A stretch of DNA of 64,000 bases from a virus. Taxonomy: Duplodnaviria; Caudoviricetes. Location: IMG/VR virus record IMGVR_UViG_3300014000_000001, positions 64,001-128,000 of that record. One strand, written 5' to 3'. Below are positions 1 through 10,329 of this stretch, one piece after another. A model generated the notes under the pieces. The model had not been told where the DNA came from. It made no database searches and was given only the letters and a program-made list of their open reading frames with translations. Position numbers and translations under genes: made by a program. The stretch's first letter is position 1; the number at the start of each line of letters is the position of its first letter.

Positions 1-1939
1 AAATAGAAATGTTAAGAAGTATCTTGTCAATTTAAACACCCCTGCGGGACAGTTGGTTTACCATAATGATGTTGAGTATTATTTAGGCACATACAAAGGT
101 GGACAATTTAAAGGTCTATGTATCCCTGTCTTGCGCATTGATCCAATCACAACGATCACCAACAAAACCCATGCTATCCGTGCAGATGTAATCACTGATT
201 TGATTAATAAGAATGATTGGTTACAAAATGACGATGTACATATTATGGCGGTCATTCGTCAAGGTGGGATGTTGCGTGGATTAATTCATCAGAACACTCG
301 TATTGAGGAGTTATTTAAACTCCCTAACACTGTCGTGAATTCGGCCTTAACTGGGGTGAACGCATTGATGGATGAGTGGAAAGCAGCCAATCTTGAAAAA
401 GATGATTATGCTCAAATAGTGGAAGCAAAACGAGCAGCTGTGGTTGATGATCTGGTTTTTAATGCTTACGGTTATAACGCTATAGCTCGCTACCATCACC
501 CTAATCCGCTAACTGTTAGTAATTATACCACAGATGCAAATGGACAGAAATGGTATTCGGTTCAGTTATCTAATGTTGCATCAGAGAGAAACTCTTTGGT
601 ATCAAGTTCGGATAATGTCATTGAAGTGATCGAATACGATGATAAAGGTTTGTTCATTGGACGTAAGCGTGTTCCTTACATGAATGCTGGGTTACTTGTT
701 TCAGGTTATAGTGCAGCCCGACCTGTTAAGCTTATTGAACACTACATCAATAGTGTAAACGATACCACATTGAATTTAGGTGAAAACTTTGATAATGTGA
801 TCACCGACAATGATCTTGGGTTATTTGGTTTTGCAGCTTACATCACAACCAGCAACACCTCCACTATCGCTCCTAAGTGGGTAGACGTTAGTCATCTAAA
901 TACCTACTTTTATATTGATGATTATAAGCGAGCTGATGGTTCAGTGGTTAAACGCCTTACTTGGAATCTTGCCAACTTGCAAAACTTAGGTGCCCGTGGG
1001 ATGGTTCGAATAAACAACCGTAGCTGTTTTAAAACTTTCGATATTAAAAGCTTGATTAAGGGTGGTCGTAGTTTCCCAATATTGACTATCCCGAATAATA
1101 GCAATGGTAAAGTTCAAGTTGAACCAGGAACTATTGAGTTATGGATGGAGAATCGATTACTCATTGAAGACATTGATTATGTTGTTGCGTGGCCAAATAT
1201 TTATATTGGGCGACGTATTGAAAACATCAATACCGCAAAACTCAATGTTCGATTAAGTGGGCTTGCTAAACCTGAAACGTCCAAACATGATAAAGCTCGG
1301 GAAGTCGGATTTGTTCAGGGTGGTGTGTTATCGGTAAACAAACATTACGATATTCGAAATGACCGTAACATTCAGATCACAGTGGGTGGGGTGTTGAAGA
1401 CTCGCGATGAGGTAAGCTTCGAGGAAAAACCAACCACACCTTCCATTGTGGATGGGCAACCCTATCAGATTAAAGACTATATCACTCCTGTTGAGTTATT
1501 CACTAATCGGCGCACGATTATCGAGAAGGCTAAATCTGAAGATATTGATCAGCGAGTGATGGATTATCTTAATCAATATCTAACGGTTGCTGATGTTAAA
1601 AAACCAGTCATTACCAATACACGTTGGTTAATAGTATCTGTTTTTTTAGATGAAGTGATTGCCAGGCTTAAAGCAGGTTGGTTAGCGAATGAATTGAAAA
1701 CCATCTGGAACGTAAGTCAGATCGAATCTTGGATGAGTGATTTACGTTATCTACTTAATGTGGATGTTAGTTATTTTGATTCAACTGATTATAACTATAT
1801 TCGTTTAATTCCTCATGGGTTCGTAGGTTCGATTTCATTAACTGAAAGACAATACATGTTTTTAGAACAAGTGTGTGACCACTACCTTAAAGGTAAGGTA
1901 CAACTTAATCACTTGATCACTATTCAATTAGGAGTTTAG
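1..1939 (+). CDS. Virion structural protein, 5' truncated (phiKZ gp27-like by synteny)
   Basis: Frame is open from the window start; long beta-rich ORF upstream of a second structural gene and terminase, as in phiKZ-like phages. Confidence 0.6.
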   Translation, partial: NRNVKKYLVNLNTPAGQLVYHNDVEYYLGTYKGGQFKGLCIPVLRIDPITTITNKTHAIRADVITDLINKNDWLQNDDVHIMAVIRQGGMLRGLIHQNTRIEELFKLPNTVVNSALTGVNALMDEWKAANLEKDDYAQIVEAKRAAVVDDLVFNAYGYNAIARYHHPNPLTVSNYTTDANGQKWYSVQLSNVASERNSLVSSSDNVIEVIEYDDKGLFIGRKRVPYMNAGLLVSGYSAARPVKLIEHYINSVNDTTLNLGENFDNVITDNDLGLFGFAAYITTSNTSTIAPKWVDVSHLNTYFYIDDYKRADGSVVKRLTWNLANLQNLGARGMVRINNRSCFKTFDIKSLIKGGRSFPILTIPNNSNGKVQVEPGTIELWMENRLLIEDIDYVVAWPNIYIGRRIENINTAKLNVRLSGLAKPETSKHDKAREVGFVQGGVLSVNKHYDIRNDRNIQITVGGVLKTRDEVSFEEKPTTPSIVDGQPYQIKDYITPVELFTNRRTIIEKAKSEDIDQRVMDYLNQYLTVADVKKPVITNTRWLIVSVFLDEVIARLKAGWLANELKTIWNVSQIESWMSDLRYLLNVDVSYFDSTDYNYIRLIPHGFVGSISLTERQYMFLEQVCDHYLKGKVQLNHLITIQLGV

Positions 1940-1942
1940 TCA

Positions 1943-3628
1943 ATGGCAGCGACTACCGTCATTCCGATTCTCATTAGCGATTATGATCGCGAGGTTGGAA
2001 ATAAGCTTTGGCATTGGGAACAAATTTATCGTGGTTCCAATCTAGAGATTTATGATAATAAAAGTATTCTAAAGCGTTATGTTCCAGAAGTGGGTGATAT
2101 TGTCATGCATCCTACCAATGGGGATTGGATTGTTCAATCGGTTTCTGAAAACTATATTCCGACGATGACTCCAAGAACGATTGTGGATAATGATAGTGAT
2201 GTGAACGATAATATTGTTGTTCCTTCATCTAGTTACTCTCGACGTGCAGATGCAATTCATGTCGATAATACCAGTACTCCAATTCGTTTTTATATCAATA
2301 GCCGAATTTGGTTTAACGGTTCTCAAGCTTCTCATTACAAGATCTTTTTAGGTACACGTATTGGAGATGGAGGCAATTCAATTGGTGCCGTCTACAACGC
2401 TAACCACCAAATTGTTTCTGATAACATTGAACTTGAGTTAGCTGCATTTGATCGCGATGTAACCAACCTCACTGTTAAATCACCTAAGTCGGGATATCTA
2501 CGTGAACTCCCACCTGAGGGCGAGTTGGTCACTGTTGTAGCTTACGCAAATGATGGTCGTCAGCTAGATGCGCAGGTATTGGTCGTCACTTACGAAAATA
2601 TTATTGCGTCTAATAAGGCAGTTAAGTTCATTGCAGACATCAGCTTAGATACTCCATATTTAAGCGAAGATGATTCAAGTGTCGTTGAGATTCCAAGAAA
2701 CATGAATCTAGAATCTCTAGCTTTCTTTGGTATTGCAACTTACAATGACGGTTCCCCATCTCAACGTTATCCTGTTAATGGTACTAAGTTTTCACTATTC
2801 GGTGCTGAAGCTTACACTGCGTCGGTAGATATGAGTAGCGTTGGTGTGGTACTCTCGTATGCCCTTGGTGATGATGAATCTGCTGTAGATACTACAGGTT
2901 TAGTTACACGGAGTAAGACCAAGAGTTACCGAATCAAAACCTTACCTTCAGATGCGGCGTATTCTGTTAAGTTATTTGTACTTCCTTATTGGAATGCCCA
3001 GATTGCAAAATGGCAACTACGTTATGTACTTTACGATATGCGTCGCTCAATTAATATTGATGTGACTGATTTGGTTGAGGTTAACCAAGCCTATAAGTTT
3101 AATCCTGACTTGTATAATCAGAAACAAACCATTAAGGTTGCAATCAATCTACAGAACGTTGGTGCTGAATACACATTCTATCGTCCAGTACAAAGTTTCT
3201 ACATCACATTACTTAAGCCTGGAGAAACGCCGAATCAAGCCGCGTACTATCTCCTTAGTTATTCCAGTGATGTAACGATTGGTAGTACTCTGATCGCTCA
3301 ACGTCGCCAAAGCAGTGGTACTATGTCTTTGGATCTAAGCTGTGGTGCAACTTCAGTAGAGGATTACCTTGCTAAGATCTACAAGAACATCGAAGTACTT
3401 TATACTCCAGATGTAGCTGCTCCACCTAATCCAACCAAATTCCGTTTGAAACTTTACGGTACAAACGTTGTCAATGTTTACCCAATTGATAAAATTGTAA
3501 CTGGGGTTTCTGGGCTTGTGGGTTCTTGGGCTCAAGGACAAACGGCAGTAGTCGAATTCTTTGCTGAATCAGCAGGTCAGGCATTAGAGTTAGGAATGCT
3601 TGCTTATCCGATTAACGTTATCAACTAA
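1943..3628 (+). CDS. Virion structural protein (phiKZ gp26-like by synteny)
   Basis: 561 aa beta-rich ORF with GGAG RBS, immediately upstream of terminase. Confidence 0.6.
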   Translation: MAATTVIPILISDYDREVGNKLWHWEQIYRGSNLEIYDNKSILKRYVPEVGDIVMHPTNGDWIVQSVSENYIPTMTPRTIVDNDSDVNDNIVVPSSSYSRRADAIHVDNTSTPIRFYINSRIWFNGSQASHYKIFLGTRIGDGGNSIGAVYNANHQIVSDNIELELAAFDRDVTNLTVKSPKSGYLRELPPEGELVTVVAYANDGRQLDAQVLVVTYENIIASNKAVKFIADISLDTPYLSEDDSSVVEIPRNMNLESLAFFGIATYNDGSPSQRYPVNGTKFSLFGAEAYTASVDMSSVGVVLSYALGDDESAVDTTGLVTRSKTKSYRIKTLPSDAAYSVKLFVLPYWNAQIAKWQLRYVLYDMRRSINIDVTDLVEVNQAYKFNPDLYNQKQTIKVAINLQNVGAEYTFYRPVQSFYITLLKPGETPNQAAYYLLSYSSDVTIGSTLIAQRRQSSGTMSLDLSCGATSVEDYLAKIYKNIEVLYTPDVAAPPNPTKFRLKLYGTNVVNVYPIDKIVTGVSGLVGSWAQGQTAVVEFFAESAGQALELGMLAYPINVIN

Positions 3629-3633
3629 TAACC

Positions 3634-3667
3634 TTCATCAGAGTTAGGATATCCTAACTCTGATGAA
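3634..3667. repeat. Perfect 34-bp palindrome upstream of terminase
   Basis: TTCATCAGAGTTAGGAT-ATCCTAACTCTGATGAA; no U-tract on either side. Confidence 0.9.
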
Positions 3668-3683
3668 CCCAATAGGTATTACC

Positions 3684-5846
3684 ATGATTCTATTTATGGA
3701 TGATTGGAAAAAATATCCAGATGCAATTGTAGATACCAAAACCAATAATCGATCCTATCTACGTCTTGCAAAAATGCTTCAACACATGAAGGTGAAGAAC
3801 TGCGTATTTCATCTTGCGCTATTACAACCTGAGCTGCAAGGGGTTGATCCATTTGACCCTAATCTCACCATTGATCAAGTGGTGATGATCAAAGAAGAAA
3901 GCATAAAAAATCCTTGGTATTTTTTCCGTGAAGTTATTCGTCTCCCACCAGCATCTGGTGAGGATTCGGTTTATTTCGATATTAACCGCGGTGCTTTAGC
4001 GGCGTGGTGGTGTTATTTATCTCATCAAGATTATAACTTAACGATGCCTCGACAAACAGGTAAATCAACCTCAACGAACGTCTTATTGGTATGGTTGTTA
4101 TTTGTGGTTTATCGCAAGACTCGTGTCTTCTTGTTAACTAAAGATAATACCCTACGTACAGAGAACGTTGAACAAATTAAGAAGATTCAAGATCTTCTAC
4201 CATCGTACATGAATCCAAAGACTCGCGAGGATTTAAGTAACACCCAAACCATCACTTGTGCGAAATATGGTAATCGCTTATTCACAGGGGTACCACAAAA
4301 CTCTGAAGCCGATGCCAACAAGATGGGTCGTGGTTTAACTTGTGCGACTTACGTGACAGACGAAGGACCCTTTATTAAGTACCTTGAGAAGTCTTTACGT
4401 TCAATGCTTGCAGGTGGTACCAAAGCCATGCCAATGGCTGCTAAGAATGGATTACCTTATGGTGCGATCTATACCACTACTGCGGGTTCTAAAGCAGATG
4501 TGGATGGCGCGTACTATTATCGCATGATCATGGGTGGAGTCCCTTGGGATGAATCTTATTTCGATCTTAAAGATGATGTAAGTCTTCGTGATACGATTAA
4601 GAAGAACAAACGCGGCGTTCAATCAATTGTTAATATCACCATGAGTCACTTGCAGTTAGGTTATGATGATGAATGGTTAAAGGCTGCAATTGAACGTACG
4701 GGTGTAACTGGAGACGATGCAAACAAGGACTTCTTTAATGTGTGGTCTGACGGTTCAATGGAATCTCCTTTAGCCAAAGTATTGACCAACTTGATTCGTG
4801 CTTCTGAGCAGGAACCTGATTACATTGAATTCACCAAAGACAACTACGCAATCAATTGGTATATTCCAAGAGACAGTATAGAACGTCGTATGGCGGATGG
4901 GAAATACATTATCGGACTCGATCCATCACCTGTGATTGGTAAGGATGGTATTGGTATGTTCATGATTGATTCTAAAACCATGGAAACCATCGCTACCGTT
5001 GCGGTGAATGAAACCAACATCTTGAAGTTTGTGGATTGGTTATGCTCGTTCATGCTTAAATACGAGAACACGATCATCATTCCAGAACGTCGTGGAGGTG
5101 GTGAACATATCATTGCTGGTTTATTGATTGCCTTTACTGCTAAGCGTATCGATCCATTTAAACGGATTTATAACGTAGTTGTGAATAAAGGAGAACATAC
5201 TGATCCAGAAGGTAAGCGTTTAATCAATGATGTTCGTAATCGTCCAGATGCTGCAGATAAAGCAGTTAAGTATTTTGGATTTGCAACATCAGGTTCAGGT
5301 ACACACTCGCGTGAAGGATTGTACGATATGTTGACACGTGCTGCGAGTTACTCTGGACCAATATTGAAAGATAAACAAACCATTACTGAAGTATTAAGTT
5401 TAAGTAAGCGTAAAGGTCGCATTGATCACAGCATACTTGGACATGATGACTGCGTAATTGCGTGGTTACTCACTGTATGGTTCTTAACGAATGCACGTAA
5501 TTTAGATTACTACGGTGTTCACTATCCGATGTTTGAAGCTATTGATCATGTAGCTAGAATGCGTGTAACCAATCAAACTGCCGATAATGTCCTTGCACAG
5601 GATGTATTTAAAAAGGCTGCTGAACAAAAACGTATCCGCGATAAGATCAATGAGTATTTAGACTTAATTAAATCCACCTCTGATGAAATTCTCATCTTAC
5701 GTTATGAAGCTATGTTGAATCGTTTAGATGGTCAATATGAACGTGAAGACAATGAAGTACGTTCTATGGCTGAACTTATTATTCAAGCGAAAGAAGAGAA
5801 GAGAAACAAAAACAATAAATATGGGGGTTTGAAGAAGGCGGGGTAA
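3684..5846 (+). CDS. terL: Terminase large subunit
   Basis: Walker A MPRQTGKS, Walker B YVTDE, nuclease IIGLDPS and HDDCVIAW; start 3684 (MILF) preferred over 3663 because of the upstream TAGGT RBS. Confidence 0.93.
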   Translation: MILFMDDWKKYPDAIVDTKTNNRSYLRLAKMLQHMKVKNCVFHLALLQPELQGVDPFDPNLTIDQVVMIKEESIKNPWYFFREVIRLPPASGEDSVYFDINRGALAAWWCYLSHQDYNLTMPRQTGKSTSTNVLLVWLLFVVYRKTRVFLLTKDNTLRTENVEQIKKIQDLLPSYMNPKTREDLSNTQTITCAKYGNRLFTGVPQNSEADANKMGRGLTCATYVTDEGPFIKYLEKSLRSMLAGGTKAMPMAAKNGLPYGAIYTTTAGSKADVDGAYYYRMIMGGVPWDESYFDLKDDVSLRDTIKKNKRGVQSIVNITMSHLQLGYDDEWLKAAIERTGVTGDDANKDFFNVWSDGSMESPLAKVLTNLIRASEQEPDYIEFTKDNYAINWYIPRDSIERRMADGKYIIGLDPSPVIGKDGIGMFMIDSKTMETIATVAVNETNILKFVDWLCSFMLKYENTIIIPERRGGGEHIIAGLLIAFTAKRIDPFKRIYNVVVNKGEHTDPEGKRLINDVRNRPDAADKAVKYFGFATSGSGTHSREGLYDMLTRAASYSGPILKDKQTITEVLSLSKRKGRIDHSILGHDDCVIAWLLTVWFLTNARNLDYYGVHYPMFEAIDHVARMRVTNQTADNVLAQDVFKKAAEQKRIRDKINEYLDLIKSTSDEILILRYEAMLNRLDGQYEREDNEVRSMAELIIQAKEEKRNKNNKYGGLKKAG

Positions 5847-5852
5847 AAGCCA

Positions 5853-6242
5853 ATGGGCAGTTTAATCTTGCGGGTGATGATGCACTTTTGGAACATCATC
5901 AATATTTACCAAAGACCAGTTGTTTATCAACAAACTGTCACCAACAACAGATACATGAGCCATAAGCGTGAGCTTGATAATGTGACTCATGTATTTGATG
6001 TTAAGCAGCTAAAAATATCACGCACACCGCGTAAACCTTTCAGAGCTAAAGCGGTTTATAGTTATGAGGTTTCGCGCTATACATTCAGAGAAGGGGAATT
6101 CATTGATAAACACACAGTAAGAATGCCAGAACTATGTCTCTTCCTGTTTAGAAATACGAAAATCCCGCATGTATTAGCGATAAATGCTTTTTTAAATATT
6201 GAGCAAAATGATGCAGGGGGTTTAGATGAAGCAAAGAATTAG
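5853..6242 (+). CDS. Hypothetical protein
   Basis: 129 aa ORF tightly following terL. Confidence 0.5.
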   Translation: MGSLILRVMMHFWNIINIYQRPVVYQQTVTNNRYMSHKRELDNVTHVFDVKQLKISRTPRKPFRAKAVYSYEVSRYTFREGEFIDKHTVRMPELCLFLFRNTKIPHVLAINAFLNIEQNDAGGLDEAKN

Positions 6243-6885
6243 GATAGATGGGGAATATATTTATCTTGCTTTAACTGAAGCAGAGTTACGTAGTGTGCTT
6301 GAAGACATGGTTGAATGTGGAGATCTTCTTTCTCCACAAATTGAGATCGTGGATAATTGCGTACGTTTTAGGGATGCAGACATTAAGATGATGCAACCTG
6401 AATTGTTTTTTGGTAAAGCAGAACCACACATTAAAATGGATATGAAGTTATGGAAGACTGCTGCGATATTTAATGTGGTCATGTTATTTTTATTTATGTT
6501 GATCTATTATTTCTCCGCAGGTAATTTAGATATTGGTCACCGATGGTTGATCTTCTGTGGGGTAATGTGCGTTGCTAACAGTTGTGTGTATTTGTATTTA
6601 GATGGAGAGAATAAGGAACGTCATCGTAAAGCGTTGTATGCTAAAGCTAGGTTAGTAAGTTATTTTAACGCTACTGTGCAAATGGATATGACCACCTCTA
6701 ATAGCCGCTTAGATCGCTCTAGAGTGCGATTAGAAAAAGAGTATGAGATTGTCAAGCAAATGTTTCAAACCTTGTTAGAACAACAACCTAGTGAGGTTAA
6801 AGCACGATACAAAGATAACCTCTATCCAGATGGTGATCCTGTTTACGAAAAGACTGATGACATAAAACCAAAGAACCTCTCCTAG
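6226..6885 (+). CDS. Hypothetical membrane protein (2 TM)
   Basis: Two hydrophobic segments; ends in a terminator hairpin. Confidence 0.65.
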   Translation: MKQRIRIDGEYIYLALTEAELRSVLEDMVECGDLLSPQIEIVDNCVRFRDADIKMMQPELFFGKAEPHIKMDMKLWKTAAIFNVVMLFLFMLIYYFSAGNLDIGHRWLIFCGVMCVANSCVYLYLDGENKERHRKALYAKARLVSYFNATVQMDMTTSNSRLDRSRVRLEKEYEIVKQMFQTLLEQQPSEVKARYKDNLYPDGDPVYEKTDDIKPKNLS

Positions 6886-6897
6886 GAGAGGTTCTTT
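6870..6897. terminator. Palindromic terminator (CCTAGG centre)
   Basis: AAAGAACCTCTCCTAGGAGAGGTTCTTT followed by TTATGC. Confidence 0.75.
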
Positions 6898-6932
6898 CCT
6901 TATGCAGCTTTTCATTAATCTCAATTTATTTC

Positions 6933-6953
6933 AGATATATATTATCTAGGTGA
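6933..6953 (+). promoter_or_regulatory. Putative early phage promoter (AGATATAYATTATCTANGTGA family)
   Basis: One of ~12 intergenic copies, each upstream of a + strand gene. Confidence 0.75.
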
Positions 6954-7006
6954 ATCAAGTAGATCTATCTTCTACTTAAAACTTATATATTACAGAGGTA
7001 ATTATC

Positions 7007-7312
7007 ATGAAATTTTCAAACGACTCCATCGCCGCAATAAATGCGTTGTTAACCAACGCAGGTGAATCAGCCGTTGATGTCAACGCTGATCCAGTTACAG
7101 TATTAGAACAGATCTTAGCTGATAAGCTAAGTAAAAAGCATTTCGCACCGCAAACGCGAAGAATTACAAACCACGCAATAAATAACGGGGAAATCCCCGC
7201 TACCGAGTTATTGGAATGCGTTCACTTTGAATTGGGTAACTGTTACCAGGAGGAGTATGTCTACACCTTCTGGCGAATAGACGGTGATACCATCTATGTT
7301 ACTCAGAAATAA
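7007..7312 (+). CDS. Hypothetical early protein
   Basis: ACAGAGGT RBS, promoter motif upstream, terminator downstream. Confidence 0.75.
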   Translation: MKFSNDSIAAINALLTNAGESAVDVNADPVTVLEQILADKLSKKHFAPQTRRITNHAINNGEIPATELLECVHFELGNCYQEEYVYTFWRIDGDTIYVTQK

Positions 7313-7339
7313 ATAAAGGAGCTTTAAGCTCCTTTATTT
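7311..7339. terminator. Bidirectional terminator
   Basis: AAATAAAGGAGC-TTTAA-GCTCCTTTATTT between convergent genes. Confidence 0.8.
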
Positions 7340-7344
7340 TTTGG

Positions 7345-8583
7345 TTAATTTTTATCTTTTAAGAATGTACGTGCTAAGATATAAAGAACTAATCCAGTAC
7401 GAGCGGATGCAATGATGGTGGAGTTATTTGATTTCACAAACTTCTTCACAAACTTACCTCCAATGTCACGGATCTTTTCAATATCTCCTTTAGCACGAGG
7501 TGCTCCATAAAGAGAATGCATATACACCAAGAACTCAGCGATATTATCTGCTTTCTTTTGAATATCCTTGTCTTGTTGGATTTGTTGGAATGCGTGAAGT
7601 AAGATTAAATCTAAAAGCTCAGTACAAAGTTTATTCCCTTTGTTATATTGCTCATAAAACTTCACCACAGCATCAGAGAGCACAGGTGGCGGTAATCCTG
7701 GTCCTACTAACCCTAAAACTACATTGGCTACCTCAGATCGAATAAACGAGCTTCTATCACGTAAGGTAGTTTCAATGTAGTTCTTGTAGTTATCATACTG
7801 TCCAGCAACATCACGTACGGTTGTACCCTCTTCCATTTCCACCATCATGGATGAACGAAGATGTTTAGTCTCTTGTTGCTTTACATCAATCATTTCATCA
7901 TAGAGGTTCTTTACAATAGACTTCACACGCGTAATAGTATCTGAGATCATGTAAAGCACTTTAGGATCAGGTTCAAAGTTCTTCACCACATTATAATGAA
8001 TTGATTTTGGAGAGATCATATCTTCTGAACGCTCAAGAAGTAGATTATACCAATTACCTGTTTTCTTTAATGAGTATTTGTAAGAAAGATTGTTATATAC
8101 TTTCTCCGATGTTTCTTCGGTAGTTAAGAATTGGAAAGATTGGTTCATAAACGATGTGAGTGCTTTAATATTAAGCACCATGGCACAGGAAACCATAGCA
8201 TCGTGTTTAAGTTCAGGCATGAGCGAGGATTTATAAAAACGATAAATCATGTACACGCATGACATATTTACTACATCGGTATATTTCTTCCAGTCTTTTT
8301 TGATACTTGGTAATTCAACTAAGTCATTACGAACTTCAAGTTCATCAATGTCAAGGACATCGGTGAGCCAATCTAATCGATCTAAAGTTGAATAAACGAC
8401 TTTATAAACCCCAAAGCTATTGGAACCAAAGAAATGAATGTGATCTTCATTCTTGGTTCGAAACGCATCAATATACTGTTCAATACGTTTTAAAAGTTTG
8501 GCATCGAATTTTACATGGCTTAAATGTTTGTCCATGACAGCTTTAATATTCTTCATTTTTAAAACCCTAAATATATAATACAC
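7345..8583 (-). CDS. Conserved phiKZ-like helical protein, function unknown
   Basis: ~403-412 aa ORF on the minus strand near terminase; likely start is the second Met (MKNIK). Confidence 0.65.
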   Translation of the reverse strand: MYYIFRVLKMKNIKAVMDKHLSHVKFDAKLLKRIEQYIDAFRTKNEDHIHFFGSNSFGVYKVVYSTLDRLDWLTDVLDIDELEVRNDLVELPSIKKDWKKYTDVVNMSCVYMIYRFYKSSLMPELKHDAMVSCAMVLNIKALTSFMNQSFQFLTTEETSEKVYNNLSYKYSLKKTGNWYNLLLERSEDMISPKSIHYNVVKNFEPDPKVLYMISDTITRVKSIVKNLYDEMIDVKQQETKHLRSSMMVEMEEGTTVRDVAGQYDNYKNYIETTLRDRSSFIRSEVANVVLGLVGPGLPPPVLSDAVVKFYEQYNKGNKLCTELLDLILLHAFQQIQQDKDIQKKADNIAEFLVYMHSLYGAPRAKGDIEKIRDIGGKFVKKFVKSNNSTIIASARTGLVLYILARTFLKDKN

Positions 8584-8634
8584 TGTCTGTGTTGATCCAA
8601 ATGATTTGGCATAAATTAATATGAGTGTTTAGTT

Positions 8635-9030
8635 GTGCTAAAGAATTTGGAGTTTAGGAACATGTCAGTTCATCAGAGTTTCATGGGGTCATTTCAACAA
8701 AATAAACCGCAAGATAATTTCTTTAATTTACGTCGTAAAGAAGATATTAGTACCATCTACCACCAAGAGTATCTAGGTGATAGTGAGGGTTTAAGTGATT
8801 ATTGGTGTGAGCCTCCAGTTGGGTTTAAACATCGCTGCGATTATATCATTGGTATTTTTCGAGATAAGATTGGATTAGCAATTGGGGTATCACAAAGTGG
8901 GGGCAATAAGTTCTTCACGGTGTTGGTTAAAAATCCGACTGATGTTCCAAGATACTTGATTGATTATGGGATTAAGCATTTGTTTCCATATAGTGAAAAT
9001 GAAATTAACGATATTATTAATTCTTTATAA
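8635..9030 (+). CDS. Hypothetical protein
   Basis: ORF with GGAG/AGGA RBS before Met at 8662; terminator at 9035-9061. Confidence 0.6.
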   Translation: MLKNLEFRNMSVHQSFMGSFQQNKPQDNFFNLRRKEDISTIYHQEYLGDSEGLSDYWCEPPVGFKHRCDYIIGIFRDKIGLAIGVSQSGGNKFFTVLVKNPTDVPRYLIDYGIKHLFPYSENEINDIINSL

Positions 9031-9086
9031 TTTTAGATAGGAGGCTTTAAGCCTCCTATCTTTTTTTATGTCTTTTAGTAAAATAC

Positions 9087-9107
9087 AGATATACATAATC
9101 TATGTGA
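9087..9107 (+). promoter_or_regulatory. Putative early promoter
   Basis: AGATATACATAATCTATGTGA. Confidence 0.75.
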
Positions 9108-9131
9108 ACATCCACATAGAGGTAACAAATC

Positions 9132-10277
9132 ATGATTTTAAATCCAATGTTTTCGGGACAACCCGCCCGAATTAAAGTAGGGACTTATCTTGAACCAGCT
9201 GATTATCAGTATTATATTCCTAAACATAAAAACAATAATAACTGCATTGAGGTGAACGTTAATCGTAGAATTAAACAATCTGAAGAAATGATCCATGTGA
9301 TTAATAATGCCGAAGGTTTAATTCGACGACTAAACGCCAACGTTGATACATCGGGGGGATATACCAGTATTCCAGGGGAAGAAACCATTCATGTTCTTGA
9401 ACGTTCTTTGCTCGAAAATATACATCACCGCACACCATGGACACCGTTAGTAGGCTATGCCTGGGTGGAAAAGAAAGCAAAGCATATCAACTTCCCTGAT
9501 TATGCTCCTGTATTTGAACAACCAATTACAAATAACCTACACGATCTCCTAGTCAACAATTTAGCCTTTGTTGATCAACTACCGATATATTTCAACAACC
9601 GACCGACCACCACGATCAGTTACCATAGTTTTTCTAAATTCTTAGATTTAGCCCAATGTAATTCTGACTTCTTAGACTCTGATTATTTCACAGATGATGG
9701 TGATGTCTGGACCGATCTTAATGGAGAAGATACTGAAAAAGCAAATTGGCAAAGGGAAGAATATAATTCGATTATTGCTGATGCTAGTATTGACCTAATG
9801 AATGGGTTATTTGTTGATGCTTATAATCGTATTGAGTACTTTGTAATCTATACTGATGGTGAGATGAAAACTGTTGATCAGGGAAGAATGTTAGAGTTGG
9901 GCGCTCGTTATTACGAAGCGGCTAGCTTCTACTACATCCCACCTGATATTAAATTATTAGCCACTATCAATACGATAGGTAACATGCATGTTACGATCGC
10001 TCTTAACATACAAGGTAAAGAAGATCTAGTTCTTCTATTCCCTAAAGCCATCATTGCATCTGGGGATACGATGGATGTCGCTAAAGTAAAGGAGATGGCA
10101 CCTAACCATGAAGGGTTAGTGTTTTGGTACTACCCTGAAGAAGGCACTTGTACTTACTTTAATGTCAATCCATTTGGTTGCAGCTACGATGATATTGAAA
10201 AGATTTGGAATGAATCTTTAGATTATGGTAATTGGGTTCAGGAACAAATTAAACAATCAGCTGAAGATAAAGCATAA
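9132..10277 (+). CDS. Hypothetical early protein
   Basis: 381 aa, AGAGGT RBS. Confidence 0.75.
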   Translation: MILNPMFSGQPARIKVGTYLEPADYQYYIPKHKNNNNCIEVNVNRRIKQSEEMIHVINNAEGLIRRLNANVDTSGGYTSIPGEETIHVLERSLLENIHHRTPWTPLVGYAWVEKKAKHINFPDYAPVFEQPITNNLHDLLVNNLAFVDQLPIYFNNRPTTTISYHSFSKFLDLAQCNSDFLDSDYFTDDGDVWTDLNGEDTEKANWQREEYNSIIADASIDLMNGLFVDAYNRIEYFVIYTDGEMKTVDQGRMLELGARYYEAASFYYIPPDIKLLATINTIGNMHVTIALNIQGKEDLVLLFPKAIIASGDTMDVAKVKEMAPNHEGLVFWYYPEEGTCTYFNVNPFGCSYDDIEKIWNESLDYGNWVQEQIKQSAEDKA

Positions 10278-10329
10278 CATGCAAACATCAAAACCTAACT
10301 ACAAAGAAACAACCGCTAAGGAATAATGT

